DNA of 64,000 nt from Minisyncoccia bacterium (lineage in GTDB: Bacteria > Patescibacteriota > Minisyncoccia > 2-02-FULL-40-12 > IGHO2-01-FULL-4-A): contig JBEKBN010000003.1 of assembly GCA_050015375.1 (NCBI GenBank), positions 16,127-80,126 on the forward strand. Direction: 5' to 3'. Below the pieces are notes generated by a model. It was given only the letters and a program-made list of their open reading frames with translations. It had not been told where the DNA came from and made no database searches. How positions within the stretch are numbered: the first letter of the stretch is position 1; the number at the start of each line of letters is the position of its first letter. The translations under genes were made by a program, and so were the position numbers. This document shows, in pieces, positions 9,672 to 19,863 of this stretch.

Positions 9672-10225
9672 TGTTATTAGAAATCGGAAATATTACCAAT
9701 TACGATAGAGATATAATCCCATTTACAAAAAATGGGATTGTTATTGATACAAGCATAATAAAAATTCTCATAGACGGTATCATAGCCACAAGGATAAGCA
9801 AAAAGAATCTAAACGAACTACCAGAATACAAAAATCTATTAGATTTCCTTGCCCTAATCAAGATGAACAATAAATGGGAAAAACTTTTTGTTACCCCACA
9901 TATTCTATCGGAGGTATGTAGACATTTTCGAGATGACTATTCGGACTATAAAAATTATAGAAACATTGTAGGAGAGGTTTTCCCCTTATTAAAAATCATG
10001 GAAGAACACATGGTAAGCAAGGAAAACATCATTGGCCATATTGATTATGATAATCCCGTGATTGAGATAGGCGACATATCTATATTTGCAGTCGCACAGG
10101 ATTTCATTAGTGAAAAAAAGAAAACTGCCATATTGGCCAAGGATAAAAGGATAAATGATAAGTATAAGGACGACTCCTATATTATGGTTATGGACTATCA
10201 AGCAATAATGCTAAGCCTCTTATAG
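9671..10225 (+). CDS. PIN-domain-like protein
   Basis: IVIDTSII, VTPHILSEV, IGDISI, ILAKD acidic motif spacing. Confidence 0.65.
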   Translation: MLLEIGNITNYDRDIIPFTKNGIVIDTSIIKILIDGIIATRISKKNLNELPEYKNLLDFLALIKMNNKWEKLFVTPHILSEVCRHFRDDYSDYKNYRNIVGEVFPLLKIMEEHMVSKENIIGHIDYDNPVIEIGDISIFAVAQDFISEKKKTAILAKDKRINDKYKDDSYIMVMDYQAIMLSLL

Positions 10226-10572
10226 TCTTACCAGTTCTTGACGATTCCAAACGGCGAAGAGCCAGTTATGGCCATTAAAGCGGTTCTGACTTGGTTCAAC
10301 GCCCAGAGCTTTGGGGTTTTGTTCAAAACGACCGTGCCCTGTCACGGTTGGATGTTCAAAAAATACCCGAAAAAGGGTGTTTTTTGATTTTCAAGATCCA
10401 GCCGACTTAGTTCGAGTCCGTTTCCCATGAGGATCGAGATAAGTCCGCTGGTCTCCTGAAATTGATACCAAGTTGGTTACTTGTTTATAAGTTTTTAAAC
10501 AAACAAATACACCTATGATATAATAAAAACGGTCGTTTCTATTAAAACAATAACTAAGTAGTTATATTTATT

Positions 10573-11214
10573 ATGAATTATTTAGTATTTTTCTTCTTTT
10601 TGCATAATGTTTTAGCCACGTTCGTTTTAGGTATGAAGTTCGTAAAGCGCACTAGTGGTGTTTTTAAGAACTTCGGTATTGCTTTATTGTTAGATGCTGT
10701 TGCTTTCCTGGTGTGGTTATTCGGAATAATGCAACAAGGCAGTTTATTGATAAGTGTCACAATAGGTGCAGTGGTTTTTCTTGTTTCCCTGGTCTTTATG
10801 TTACGTGCCGCTTTCGAAGATACGCAAGCAAGCACTCGTCGGTTGGCAACGATAATAGGCGCCATTGCGGTAGTCGGTATATTCTATGTTGGACACATTC
10901 AGCCAGAAACAGCATATATTTCCCAAGAGGGCTTCTTTTTCTTTAACTTAGGGCCGTTGATGCAGATGCTATATATTTTTGGATTGGCGTTTACTGCTCT
11001 CCCGGCAATTGATTTATTGACTGATAAATTTAAATCATCTTATGCCGTACTCGTCCGCTATGGTTTTATCGCTGAAGTGGTCACCGGCATTATGCTTATT
11101 ACAAGCAAAAACACCCAGGTCCTCTATATTTCCGGGTGGATCTCTGGACTTATGTATCTTCTTCTCTGGACAACACTTCTCTTCAGTCGAAAAGCTTGGG
11201 CAAGCACTAGCTAA
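10573..11214 (+). CDS. Multi-pass (~7 TM) membrane protein
   Basis: Alternating hydrophobic segments over 213 aa. Confidence 0.75.
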   Translation: MNYLVFFFFLHNVLATFVLGMKFVKRTSGVFKNFGIALLLDAVAFLVWLFGIMQQGSLLISVTIGAVVFLVSLVFMLRAAFEDTQASTRRLATIIGAIAVVGIFYVGHIQPETAYISQEGFFFFNLGPLMQMLYIFGLAFTALPAIDLLTDKFKSSYAVLVRYGFIAEVVTGIMLITSKNTQVLYISGWISGLMYLLLWTTLLFSRKAWASTS

Positions 11215-11302
11215 CCCCGTCATAATAAAGTAGGATTTATTTAGAACTTTAGTGTTAAAGTGTGTTTAGATTTAAAGAAAACTAGAGGGTAAAATAAGTC
11301 CA

Positions 11303-12412
11303 ATGGATAAACAAATTATAAATTATAGTAACTGTTGGGAGGATTCGGATGTATTGACTAAAGCGCTTAATATAAATTCTGGCGATGACATCTTGTCTAT
11401 TACTTCAGGGGGGTGCAATACTCTTGCACTTTTATTACAAAATCCAAGAAGCATTGTCGCGGTGGATTTTAATTCAGCGCAAAATTACCTTTTAGAATTA
11501 AAGGTTGCATCTTTTCGCATTCTTTCATACGACGAATGTCTTGCTTTTTTTGGAATAACGAAATCAGATGAGCGTTTACAAATATTTGACCGCTTGAAGA
11601 ATGGAATTACTCACGAAGCGCGACAGTGGTGGATGAAAAACACGGATTTGATAAATAAAGGGATTATTAATGTTGGGAAATTTGAACACTACCTCTCAAT
11701 ATTTAGAACAAAAATTATGCCGCTTATTCATTCAAAAAAGACTATCCGAAATTTATTTTTGTCCGATTCTCTAGCTAATCAAAAGAAATTTTATGATGAG
11801 ATATGGAATACATGGTTATGGAGGTTCGCATTTAGAATATTTTTTAGTCGCATGATAATGGATCGATTTGGCCGAAGAAAAGGTTCGTTTGCCCATACTC
11901 AAATTGATAATGTAGCAAACCATTATTTTGAACGAGCGAGGCATGGTCTTATAGAGATATCAATCCAGAATAATTATTTAATAAATTATATTTTTACCGG
12001 CACATTTAATAGAAACAATATGCCCCCGTATTTGCAGAGGAATAATTATAATACTTTGAAGACCCGTCTTGGTAGATTAAAAATTGTAACCGCGGGTATT
12101 AATGAATTTCTTCAAACATCCAAAGATAATGCTTTTTCAAAGTTCAATTTATCTGATATTTTTGAAACCATGAATCAAGATGAGGCAGATTCTGTATTTG
12201 AAGAAATCGTCAGAGTAGGCAGGAATAATAGTATTTTTGCATTTTGGAATAACTTGGTAGATCGCAAGCCCCCGGATACCTTAAAGGCCTCCGTATTTGA
12301 AAATCGTGAAATTTCTAATAAATTATTCAGCGTTGACAGAGGATTTATGTACAGTGATTTTTTAGTATATTTTATAAATAAAGACATTGAAAAACCTCAA
12401 TATGCCTTATAA
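11303..12412 (+). CDS. DUF3419/BtaA-like SAM-dependent 3-amino-3-carboxypropyl transferase
   Basis: YSNCWED, LSITSGGCN, VDFNSAQNYLLELK and FNLSDIFE motifs. Confidence 0.85.
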   Translation: MDKQIINYSNCWEDSDVLTKALNINSGDDILSITSGGCNTLALLLQNPRSIVAVDFNSAQNYLLELKVASFRILSYDECLAFFGITKSDERLQIFDRLKNGITHEARQWWMKNTDLINKGIINVGKFEHYLSIFRTKIMPLIHSKKTIRNLFLSDSLANQKKFYDEIWNTWLWRFAFRIFFSRMIMDRFGRRKGSFAHTQIDNVANHYFERARHGLIEISIQNNYLINYIFTGTFNRNNMPPYLQRNNYNTLKTRLGRLKIVTAGINEFLQTSKDNAFSKFNLSDIFETMNQDEADSVFEEIVRVGRNNSIFAFWNNLVDRKPPDTLKASVFENREISNKLFSVDRGFMYSDFLVYFINKDIEKPQYAL

Positions 12413-13562
12413 AAATTTGTCCGATTTAACAAAGGGTATTTACCTTTTACCATGGAATAGAAGCGACAATCCTAACGGATGGGTTGAGCCCTCCACTTTT
12501 TGCCAGTTAAAATGCCCGGGATGTTATCGTGCTTTGAATAAGGACGGTGCCGTTCGTGTCCATGAGGATTTGTCAGACATGAAAAAACAAATTGATATGT
12601 TCGTAAAAACTCGTAATGTTCAGACAATATCAATTTCGGGCGGAGAACCGTTGCTATATCCCAAACTCAAAGAACTTTTATCGTACATAAAATTGAAAGG
12701 ATTAAAGACTAAAATCTTTACTAACGGAATTGCTTTAGACGAGAAGAATCTCCGGGAACTAAAAAATCACGGGGCTAATGAATTTATAATTCACATCGAC
12801 AAATCTCAAGGCAGACAAGGTTATCATAATGAAAACGAACTTAATAAATTAAGAAGATATTATTGTGATTTATTCAGAAAAATCGGCGGTGTTAATTTAA
12901 GCTTTATCATGCCGATTTCGAAAGAAACATTGTCAGATATAAAGCCGGTATTATCTTTTTGCAGAGAAAATGCTGATATTGTTGGCCTAATTGTTTTTAC
13001 ATTGTATAGCGATGTTGTCTGGAATGAAAGTGAAAAGAAGAACATTAACACAGACCTCGCCATTTTGGATATTGTAAATCAGATACAGGAGAATTTTAAA
13101 TTCAAACCATGTGCATATCTTGGAAGCACAGAAAACTTGGCTTATCCATCTTGGCTTTTTTCAATGTCGATTGGTTTAAAGGACAAAATACTTGGTTTTT
13201 TTGACGGCAGAGTATACAAAGCAATTCAAGAAAAACATCATTCTCAACACGGTACGTATCTATATACCAAAATTAATAAACCAATTCTTGCCCGGCAATT
13301 GATAAAACTTCTTGGTTTCAGCTCAATTCGCCGCATTCTGGCTAATTATTCAAAAAATGTAATTATAAATCCTAAAAAAAGAGAAAAGTTATATATGCAA
13401 ACCTTGCTAATACTTCGCGGCCCAAAATTTGCCTCTGACGGCAGTAGGAATCTCTGTGCCGGCTGTCCCGATGCAATGTACTACAATGGTAAACTGGTTC
13501 CTTCATGTATTTTAGAAGAAGTTAAGCAGGGTGAACATAAAAATACAGAATTTACACTATGA
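12402..13562 (+). CDS. Radical SAM protein
   Basis: CQLKCPGC, SGGEPLL, FTNG; C-terminal CAGCPD..PSC. Confidence 0.9.
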   Translation: MPYKNLSDLTKGIYLLPWNRSDNPNGWVEPSTFCQLKCPGCYRALNKDGAVRVHEDLSDMKKQIDMFVKTRNVQTISISGGEPLLYPKLKELLSYIKLKGLKTKIFTNGIALDEKNLRELKNHGANEFIIHIDKSQGRQGYHNENELNKLRRYYCDLFRKIGGVNLSFIMPISKETLSDIKPVLSFCRENADIVGLIVFTLYSDVVWNESEKKNINTDLAILDIVNQIQENFKFKPCAYLGSTENLAYPSWLFSMSIGLKDKILGFFDGRVYKAIQEKHHSQHGTYLYTKINKPILARQLIKLLGFSSIRRILANYSKNVIINPKKREKLYMQTLLILRGPKFASDGSRNLCAGCPDAMYYNGKLVPSCILEEVKQGEHKNTEFTL

Positions 13563-14443
13563 TTCTGGAAAACTATTCCTTAGTTAAGCGAATAATAAAA
13601 TATAGTAATGAGCGTTTTCCAATAATACTATGTTTAACCACAGCGTCGGTAGTTTTTAGTTCATTTGTTATTTCAACAGGAAAACTAGTACCGGAAATAA
13701 ATACAAATTTTGTCGTAGGATTTGTAACTGGATTGCTATATTTATTTCACATTAGGTTATTCGATGAATTAAAGGATTTTGAGCATGACTCTAAATACTA
13801 TCCGAAAAGACCTGTAATAAGAGGGCTGCTTTCATTAAATGAAATAAAGAACATCGCAATTGTTGCAATATTATTTGAATTTATCGCAAATCTGTTTGTT
13901 CCGACTAAAGTTTTCCTTTTTTTTCTAATCCTATTTGCCTATTCCGCTGTATGCAGATATGAGTTTTTTATCAGTGATTTGTTGAGACGTAACTTTTTCG
14001 TCTACAATATACTTCATTATTTCCAGATGTCATTGGTGGTCGTTTATCTTTATATTCTCGCCGGGGTGGATCTGCGTCATCTGGATAAATTGTTAATTCT
14101 ACATTTTATTTTTACTAATCTGACTTTTACTCTCATAGAATGGGCGCGAAAAATGAGGATTATTTCAGAAGAAAATGAGAGCAAGGACACATATTCAGCC
14201 CGCTTGGGTATAAGAGGAGTTTCTTTAGTATTTCTTATAATGGCGGCATCGACTTTTATTTGCTTCGGTTTTATCAAGGCAATGGTTGGATCATTCGGAC
14301 ATTCTATGTTTCTTTCTATATTGGGATTCATTCTCGTAATAACAGCAACACTTCTTTATGCTATAAAAAGGACAAAACTTTCAACAAATGCGCTTCAAAT
14401 ATCCTCTATTATATTTTTTGTGCTACTTCATTTTTCGGTTTAA
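13559..14443 (+). CDS. UbiA-like prenyltransferase
   Basis: RLFDELKDFEHD..YPKRPVIRG, multi-TM, DTYS motif. Confidence 0.75.
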   Translation: MILENYSLVKRIIKYSNERFPIILCLTTASVVFSSFVISTGKLVPEINTNFVVGFVTGLLYLFHIRLFDELKDFEHDSKYYPKRPVIRGLLSLNEIKNIAIVAILFEFIANLFVPTKVFLFFLILFAYSAVCRYEFFISDLLRRNFFVYNILHYFQMSLVVVYLYILAGVDLRHLDKLLILHFIFTNLTFTLIEWARKMRIISEENESKDTYSARLGIRGVSLVFLIMAASTFICFGFIKAMVGSFGHSMFLSILGFILVITATLLYAIKRTKLSTNALQISSIIFFVLLHFSV

Positions 14444-14452
14444 ATAATAATC

Positions 14453-16888
14453 ATGCTATACACGCTTTCCAATATTATCGATAAGGACCTGGTTAAATTG
14501 GGTGGCAAAGGACTTAATCTGTACCTTCTTACAAAAGAGGGGCTACCGATTCCAGAATGGTTCATAATCCCGGCGGATGCAGATCTAAAAGAAATAGAAC
14601 CTCAAATCATGGCTCACTACAACCGATTAGCAAAAGATGGAGGTGTCGCGGTTAGATCATCTGCCAATGTGGAAGATGCGAAAGATATGTCTTTCGCAGG
14701 CCAATTCAGTAGTTACCTTAACATAAATACCTTTGAAGATTTGCACGAAGCGATTCAAAAAGTAAGAGAATCGGTAAATTCAAAAGTTGTTTCGAAATAT
14801 TTAAAAAATAATAATCTTCAGAAGGAGTCGATTAAAATGTCAGTTATTGTTCAAAAAATGATTTGTAGCGATATTTCCGGCGTTATGTTTACTGCCAATC
14901 CTATAACTGCCAATACCGACGAACTTATAATAAACTCTGCAACTGGTGTAGATTCTGTTGTGAAAGGAATAAAAGCAAATGTTCATATTTTTAATAAACG
15001 CAAGGGTTTAATTTTGGATACTGGATCTAAAATTCAAAACGGACTTAATAATGGACTTCTTGATAAACTGTTTAAAATTGGTATAAAAATTGAAAATATA
15101 TTTAACTCCCCGCAAGATATTGAATGGGCGATCAAAGACAAAGAAATATTTATTCTACAAAGCAGACCCATAACAAAGCTGAACAAATTTGAGGAACAGC
15201 TTTGGGATAATTCTAATATTTCCGAAAGTTATAGCGGGGTTACGATGCCCTTAACGATATCTTTTGCCAGGCGAATTTATTCGACCGTATACCGGGAAGT
15301 TGCCTTAACTTCAGGTGTTTCTAGACAGGTTATTGAGGATAACAAGCAACTTTTTGATAATATGCTTGGTTTTTTTAGAGGCAGATTTTTTTATAACATG
15401 GATAATTGGTATCGTTTGCTTTTATTTTTCCCAGCATTCGGTTTTACCAAAGGTTCCATGGAACAGATGATGAGCGTAAAAGAATTTCATAACTTTGATA
15501 AAACGATAAACAATTCATGGTTTTTTAATGTTAGATATATTCTTAGGGCAACTTACAGGTTTTTTAATTTTAACCATGAAATTAAGTCTTTTAAAGAAAT
15601 ATTCCATCAAACTTACGACCCTTTAAAAACCCTTGACCTATCGACCCTAACGGAGTTGGAATTATTGGCTTTATATAATAAAGTCGAGAGCAAAATTCTT
15701 CGACCATGGCACACGGCAATAGATAATGATTTTCTGGCAATGATCTTTTATGGACTTCTCCGGAAATTAACCGATCGTTGGGGACTTAATAAAATAAACC
15801 CGTCAATTTATAACGATCTTCTTTCGGGTATGAATAATGTCGCAAGTGCGGAACAAACCGAACAATTGTTAAAAATTACATCTCTCATCCGGGATAATAA
15901 AAAAGTACTAGAACTCTTTAATCAGGCAAACAGTGGGGTTTTGTATAATAAATATAAGCAAAAAGAATTTAATCCAGAGCTTCTAGGAGCAATCGATATT
16001 TATTTAGACAGATTTGGCGACCGTTTTGCTAATGAACTTAAATTGGAAGAACCAAATATAAAAGAGTCACCGGAAAAACTATTTAGTTTGATTAGGGTGT
16101 ATTTATCTATATTGCCCGAGAAGTTTGATGAGAAAATCAAAGGAAGAAATTCAATAAAATTACAGGCTATCGAATATCTTAAATCCAATTTAAACCCAAT
16201 AAAAAAGTTATTAATATTTTATGTTCTAAAACAATCTGAACGGTTCTTGAAAAATCGAGAACAGATGAGGTTAATGAGAGCAAAAATTTTCGGGTTTATC
16301 AGAAATATTTTCAAGGAAATTGGAACTAAATTTGAGATGAATAATATCATTGATAAATCAGATGATATATTTTTTCTGGAAATTGACGAAATTGCTAGAT
16401 TTATTGAAGGTTCTTCGTGCTGCTCAAACCTTAAAGATTTAATAAAGATTAGAGAAAAAGAATTTGATATTTATAAGCGCGAAAACATGGATGACAGATT
16501 TTATACTCACGGTGTCCCGTATTTAGATATTCCTTTATCAAAACCTGATTATGAGGTGGGGCAACAACCTAGAGTACTAAAGGGATTGCCAAGCTCTCCC
16601 GGAAAAGCTTGGGGTAAGGTTCAACTCATGGAAGAATTCAGCTATGAAATTGACGGGGGCGCAAGAATATTGATAACAAAGCATACAGATCCCGGCTGGA
16701 CGCCTATATTCAGTCGTTTCAGTGGAATTATCGTCGAAAATGGCGGGCAGCTTTCGCATGCCTCCATCGTATCACGAGAACTCGGCATTCCTTGCATTGT
16801 CGGAATTAAAGACGTGACGAGGATTATTAAAAATGGCGCCATGATAACCATGGATGGATCAAGAGGAGAATTGATAATTGGAAAATAA
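14453..16888 (+). CDS. PEP synthase/rifampin phosphotransferase-like enzyme (ATP-grasp + His swivel domain)
   Basis: GGKG, AVRSSANVED..SFAGQF, PQDIEW, LQSRPIT; C-terminal TDPGWTP, GGQLSHASIVSRELGIP. Confidence 0.88.
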   Translation: MLYTLSNIIDKDLVKLGGKGLNLYLLTKEGLPIPEWFIIPADADLKEIEPQIMAHYNRLAKDGGVAVRSSANVEDAKDMSFAGQFSSYLNINTFEDLHEAIQKVRESVNSKVVSKYLKNNNLQKESIKMSVIVQKMICSDISGVMFTANPITANTDELIINSATGVDSVVKGIKANVHIFNKRKGLILDTGSKIQNGLNNGLLDKLFKIGIKIENIFNSPQDIEWAIKDKEIFILQSRPITKLNKFEEQLWDNSNISESYSGVTMPLTISFARRIYSTVYREVALTSGVSRQVIEDNKQLFDNMLGFFRGRFFYNMDNWYRLLLFFPAFGFTKGSMEQMMSVKEFHNFDKTINNSWFFNVRYILRATYRFFNFNHEIKSFKEIFHQTYDPLKTLDLSTLTELELLALYNKVESKILRPWHTAIDNDFLAMIFYGLLRKLTDRWGLNKINPSIYNDLLSGMNNVASAEQTEQLLKITSLIRDNKKVLELFNQANSGVLYNKYKQKEFNPELLGAIDIYLDRFGDRFANELKLEEPNIKESPEKLFSLIRVYLSILPEKFDEKIKGRNSIKLQAIEYLKSNLNPIKKLLIFYVLKQSERFLKNREQMRLMRAKIFGFIRNIFKEIGTKFEMNNIIDKSDDIFFLEIDEIARFIEGSSCCSNLKDLIKIREKEFDIYKRENMDDRFYTHGVPYLDIPLSKPDYEVGQQPRVLKGLPSSPGKAWGKVQLMEEFSYEIDGGARILITKHTDPGWTPIFSRFSGIIVENGGQLSHASIVSRELGIPCIVGIKDVTRIIKNGAMITMDGSRGELIIGK

Positions 16889-16890
16889 AC

Positions 16891-17904
16891 ATGAAAATTC
16901 AGAAATATAATTTTGATGTGAAACAGGTTAACTCCTTTTTGAAATTAATTGATATATTATACTTGAAAAACCAGAATACAAATCTATACAAAAATTTCAT
17001 TTTGGATTCTCTTAAACCTAAAAATCATTTTTATAAATTTGCTGATATCCAGAATTTCTTTGCTTTGGAACACGATTCTCCCCAGGGTCATATCTCCGCA
17101 ATGATTGATAACAGACTTCCTGGAGTCGGGCTCGTTGGTTTTTTTGAATCCTCAAACGCCGAAATTGCTGATAAACTGATAGATTTATCTATTGAATATT
17201 TTCGGGAAAAAGGTGTCACAACTATAAGAGGACCAATTGATTTATCAATTTGGCACAGATATAGATTTGCAAATCCGGCAGATACAGGAAATATATTTTT
17301 ATTCGAACCCTTTAATAAACCCAAATACCCGGAATATTTCTCAAATTATGGATTTAAAATTGCCGAAAAATATTTTTCAGGCTTACGCACTGATTTTAAT
17401 GACATTATCAATTATACGAAAGACGGATACGATAAAGCTTGTCAGAAAGGATTTAAAATAAGAACCATTAAACTCAATGAGTTTAATGAAGAATTAAAAA
17501 TAATTCACAGGCTATCCCTAGAAATATTTAAGGAAAGTTGGTCATTTGTTCCAATATCATTTGAAGAATTTAGTTCAATTTATAAAGGCATTGAGAAAAA
17601 AATTAACCCGCGTTTTTGCGAGTTTATTTGTGACGGAAAAAAGGAAATAGGCTTTTGTTTTAGTATTCCGGATTTTACGAGCCGTGAAAAAAAGTTGATT
17701 ATTAAAACGATAGGCGTACTGCCTGAATACCAGGGTCAAAATTTAGGCTTGGCCTTGATTTACGATCAGCATGTTAAAGCCAAAGCGGACAATTTTGAAA
17801 CAATAGTGTATGCACTTATGAAATATGGCAACAGGGCCTCACAGATTAATCCTTACGGAGCAAAAATATTTCGGGATTACGAGATATACGAATTAGAAAT
17901 ATGA
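16891..17904 (+). CDS. Tandem-GNAT acyltransferase (YghO-like)
   Basis: GLVGFFES, IRGPID, EPFNKPKY and GVLPEYQGQNLG motifs. Confidence 0.75.
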   Translation: MKIQKYNFDVKQVNSFLKLIDILYLKNQNTNLYKNFILDSLKPKNHFYKFADIQNFFALEHDSPQGHISAMIDNRLPGVGLVGFFESSNAEIADKLIDLSIEYFREKGVTTIRGPIDLSIWHRYRFANPADTGNIFLFEPFNKPKYPEYFSNYGFKIAEKYFSGLRTDFNDIINYTKDGYDKACQKGFKIRTIKLNEFNEELKIIHRLSLEIFKESWSFVPISFEEFSSIYKGIEKKINPRFCEFICDGKKEIGFCFSIPDFTSREKKLIIKTIGVLPEYQGQNLGLALIYDQHVKAKADNFETIVYALMKYGNRASQINPYGAKIFRDYEIYELEI

Positions 17905-18530
17905 ATACAATCTTAACATCTTTGGTTTTTCTAGCATCTTTCGTTTTAGTCGAAGCAATTCAGCGAAAAACCAAATTAGAAAACGAATATTCCAGAAAAA
18001 TAGTTCATATAACCTCTGCGATTATCGTTTTTTTAATGCCTTATTATTTGAATCGCCTCGACATTATCGGGTTATCATTATTTTTCATCATTTTTTTATT
18101 AGTAACCAAGAAGTTAGGTTTTTTACAAAGCATTCACAGAGTCGGGCGGCACAGTCTGGGAGAAATATATTTTCCGCTTGGAGTTGGTTTAACAGCTTTT
18201 TTCTTTCTGCCGAATAACATTATTTCATTTCAGTTCGGCTTTTTAATTCTGGGGTTTTCAGATGCCATCGGGGGTCTAGTAGGATACTCACTCGGTAATC
18301 GTAAAACAATATTGCTTGGAAACAAAAGCATTGAGGGAACTGCCACCTTTTTCCTGACAACATTTCTGATATTTATATTTTTCATTTACTCAAAAACGAG
18401 CACAAATCTAATCTCTGCCTTTCCTGTTGTCTTGTTGATCACCCTTACAGAACTTATATTTACTGGCGGTTTAGATAATCTCTTCTTGCCAATTTTATCA
18501 GCAGTCCTTATTAAAGTGCTATTGAGTTGA
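17901..18530 (+). CDS. Dolichol/phytol kinase family (CTP_transf-like) membrane protein
   Basis: SRKIVH, GEIYF, SDAIGGLVG, NKSIEG, GGLDNL motifs. Confidence 0.85.
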   Translation: MNTILTSLVFLASFVLVEAIQRKTKLENEYSRKIVHITSAIIVFLMPYYLNRLDIIGLSLFFIIFLLVTKKLGFLQSIHRVGRHSLGEIYFPLGVGLTAFFFLPNNIISFQFGFLILGFSDAIGGLVGYSLGNRKTILLGNKSIEGTATFFLTTFLIFIFFIYSKTSTNLISAFPVVLLITLTELIFTGGLDNLFLPILSAVLIKVLLS

Positions 18531-19826
18531 TCGGGTAACTATGAACTTTTTCAAATATATCTTCCTGTCCTTTATAAATATCTCATCTTTCAGGCAAGAC
18601 AGCAGCTCTCTCTTCTCCTCTCGCGATCCTTCCTTGAGGATATACTTAGCATAGTTTTTTATATTCACTTCATTGATATTCGCTTCATTCTGATACTTCT
18701 GTCCAAGGACATTACCTATAAATTGCCGGTGTCGTGCCAGTTCTCTTTCAAGCTTCTCTTTCGCTCCGATCTTATCTATCGAAATTTCATCAATTAATTC
18801 CAGGAGCTGGCCGACCAGCTCCTCTTCACGTATGTATTTCTGTCCGCAATATTTGTCGTGGTATTTAGTACAGTGATAATAAATATATTTGGTTATACCT
18901 CCGTTAGCCAGCTTTTTATACTTCTCCGTTGCCGTGATGCCTGATCCGCAAGCTCCGCATTTGAATATTCTTACAAAATTAAATTCTTTTGTTCCCGGTC
19001 TTAACTTCGGAGTGGCTACTATTGCTGTCTGAACCTTGTTGAACAGATCCTGATCTATAATTGGCTCATGGGAACCGTTATAGAATATTCCGCTTCCTTC
19101 AGGATATTCGAACTTACCATAATAATAGTGGCGCTTAAGAGTGCAGTAAATCATACTGAGGGTTATTCTCTTTCCGGTTCGTGTCCTAAAGCTTGTTTCA
19201 TTATTAAGCCAGGCAAGTAAATCCCGTCCGCTGTATCCCTGATATGCGACCTTTTCGAACATCTGTTTTATAAACGGCGCTCTTATCGGGTCCAAAATAA
19301 CTATTTTCTGTCCCTTTTTTGCTGTTGTATCGTGTATATAGCCCAATGGAGGAACTCCCGGCCGCCAGCCCATTTCGCATTTGGTTCGCAATCCGCGTTT
19401 CACATTCTCGCCTTTGTGGTCGTTCTCCAGTTTCGCTTGTGAACACAAGATCATAAGAAGGAACTTCTCGTTCGGTGAATTAGTGAATCGCTGACCATGC
19501 GTCCGAATTTCTTTCAGGACCCCAGCATCCATAAGGTCAACAACTTTACCCAGATCTCCGGCATTTCTTGATATACGGCTCGGATCCCAGGCAATGATGC
19601 CATCGAACTTTCCGTTTCCGATATCTTTTAATAATTCATTGAAGACCGGCCGTAAGCCAGAATCCTTTGCTGAATGGCTTTCCTGTTTAATCTCAGAGAC
19701 GGTCAAACCATCCCGATTTGCCATCTGGATCATCTCCTTTATCTGAGACTCAATAGAGAGCGCCTGACGCTCGTCCTGCTCGCTTGATTTGCGGGCATAG
19801 AGGCAATACCTCAAAGACCCCTTCAA
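18519..19826 (-). CDS. Large serine recombinase with Zn-ribbon
   Basis: YARKSSEQDERQ, WDPSRISRN, CGACG..YYHC. Likely start is the TTG at 19826; the track's N-terminal extension crosses non-coding hairpins. Confidence 0.9.
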   Translation of the reverse strand: MKGSLRYCLYARKSSEQDERQALSIESQIKEMIQMANRDGLTVSEIKQESHSAKDSGLRPVFNELLKDIGNGKFDGIIAWDPSRISRNAGDLGKVVDLMDAGVLKEIRTHGQRFTNSPNEKFLLMILCSQAKLENDHKGENVKRGLRTKCEMGWRPGVPPLGYIHDTTAKKGQKIVILDPIRAPFIKQMFEKVAYQGYSGRDLLAWLNNETSFRTRTGKRITLSMIYCTLKRHYYYGKFEYPEGSGIFYNGSHEPIIDQDLFNKVQTAIVATPKLRPGTKEFNFVRIFKCGACGSGITATEKYKKLANGGITKYIYYHCTKYHDKYCGQKYIREEELVGQLLELIDEISIDKIGAKEKLERELARHRQFIGNVLGQKYQNEANINEVNIKNYAKYILKEGSREEKRELLSCLKDEIFIKDRKIYLKKFIVTRSTQ

Positions 19827-19863
19827 AGTCTTGCGAAAGATGGTTAGAGACCTGCTTGGGGAG

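Noticed and set aside
14453-16888. Rifampin resistance gene (rph) or true PEP synthase
   Set aside because: Shares the domain order only; the operon context points to a biosynthetic role, and the C-terminal PEP-binding barrel of PpsA is absent.
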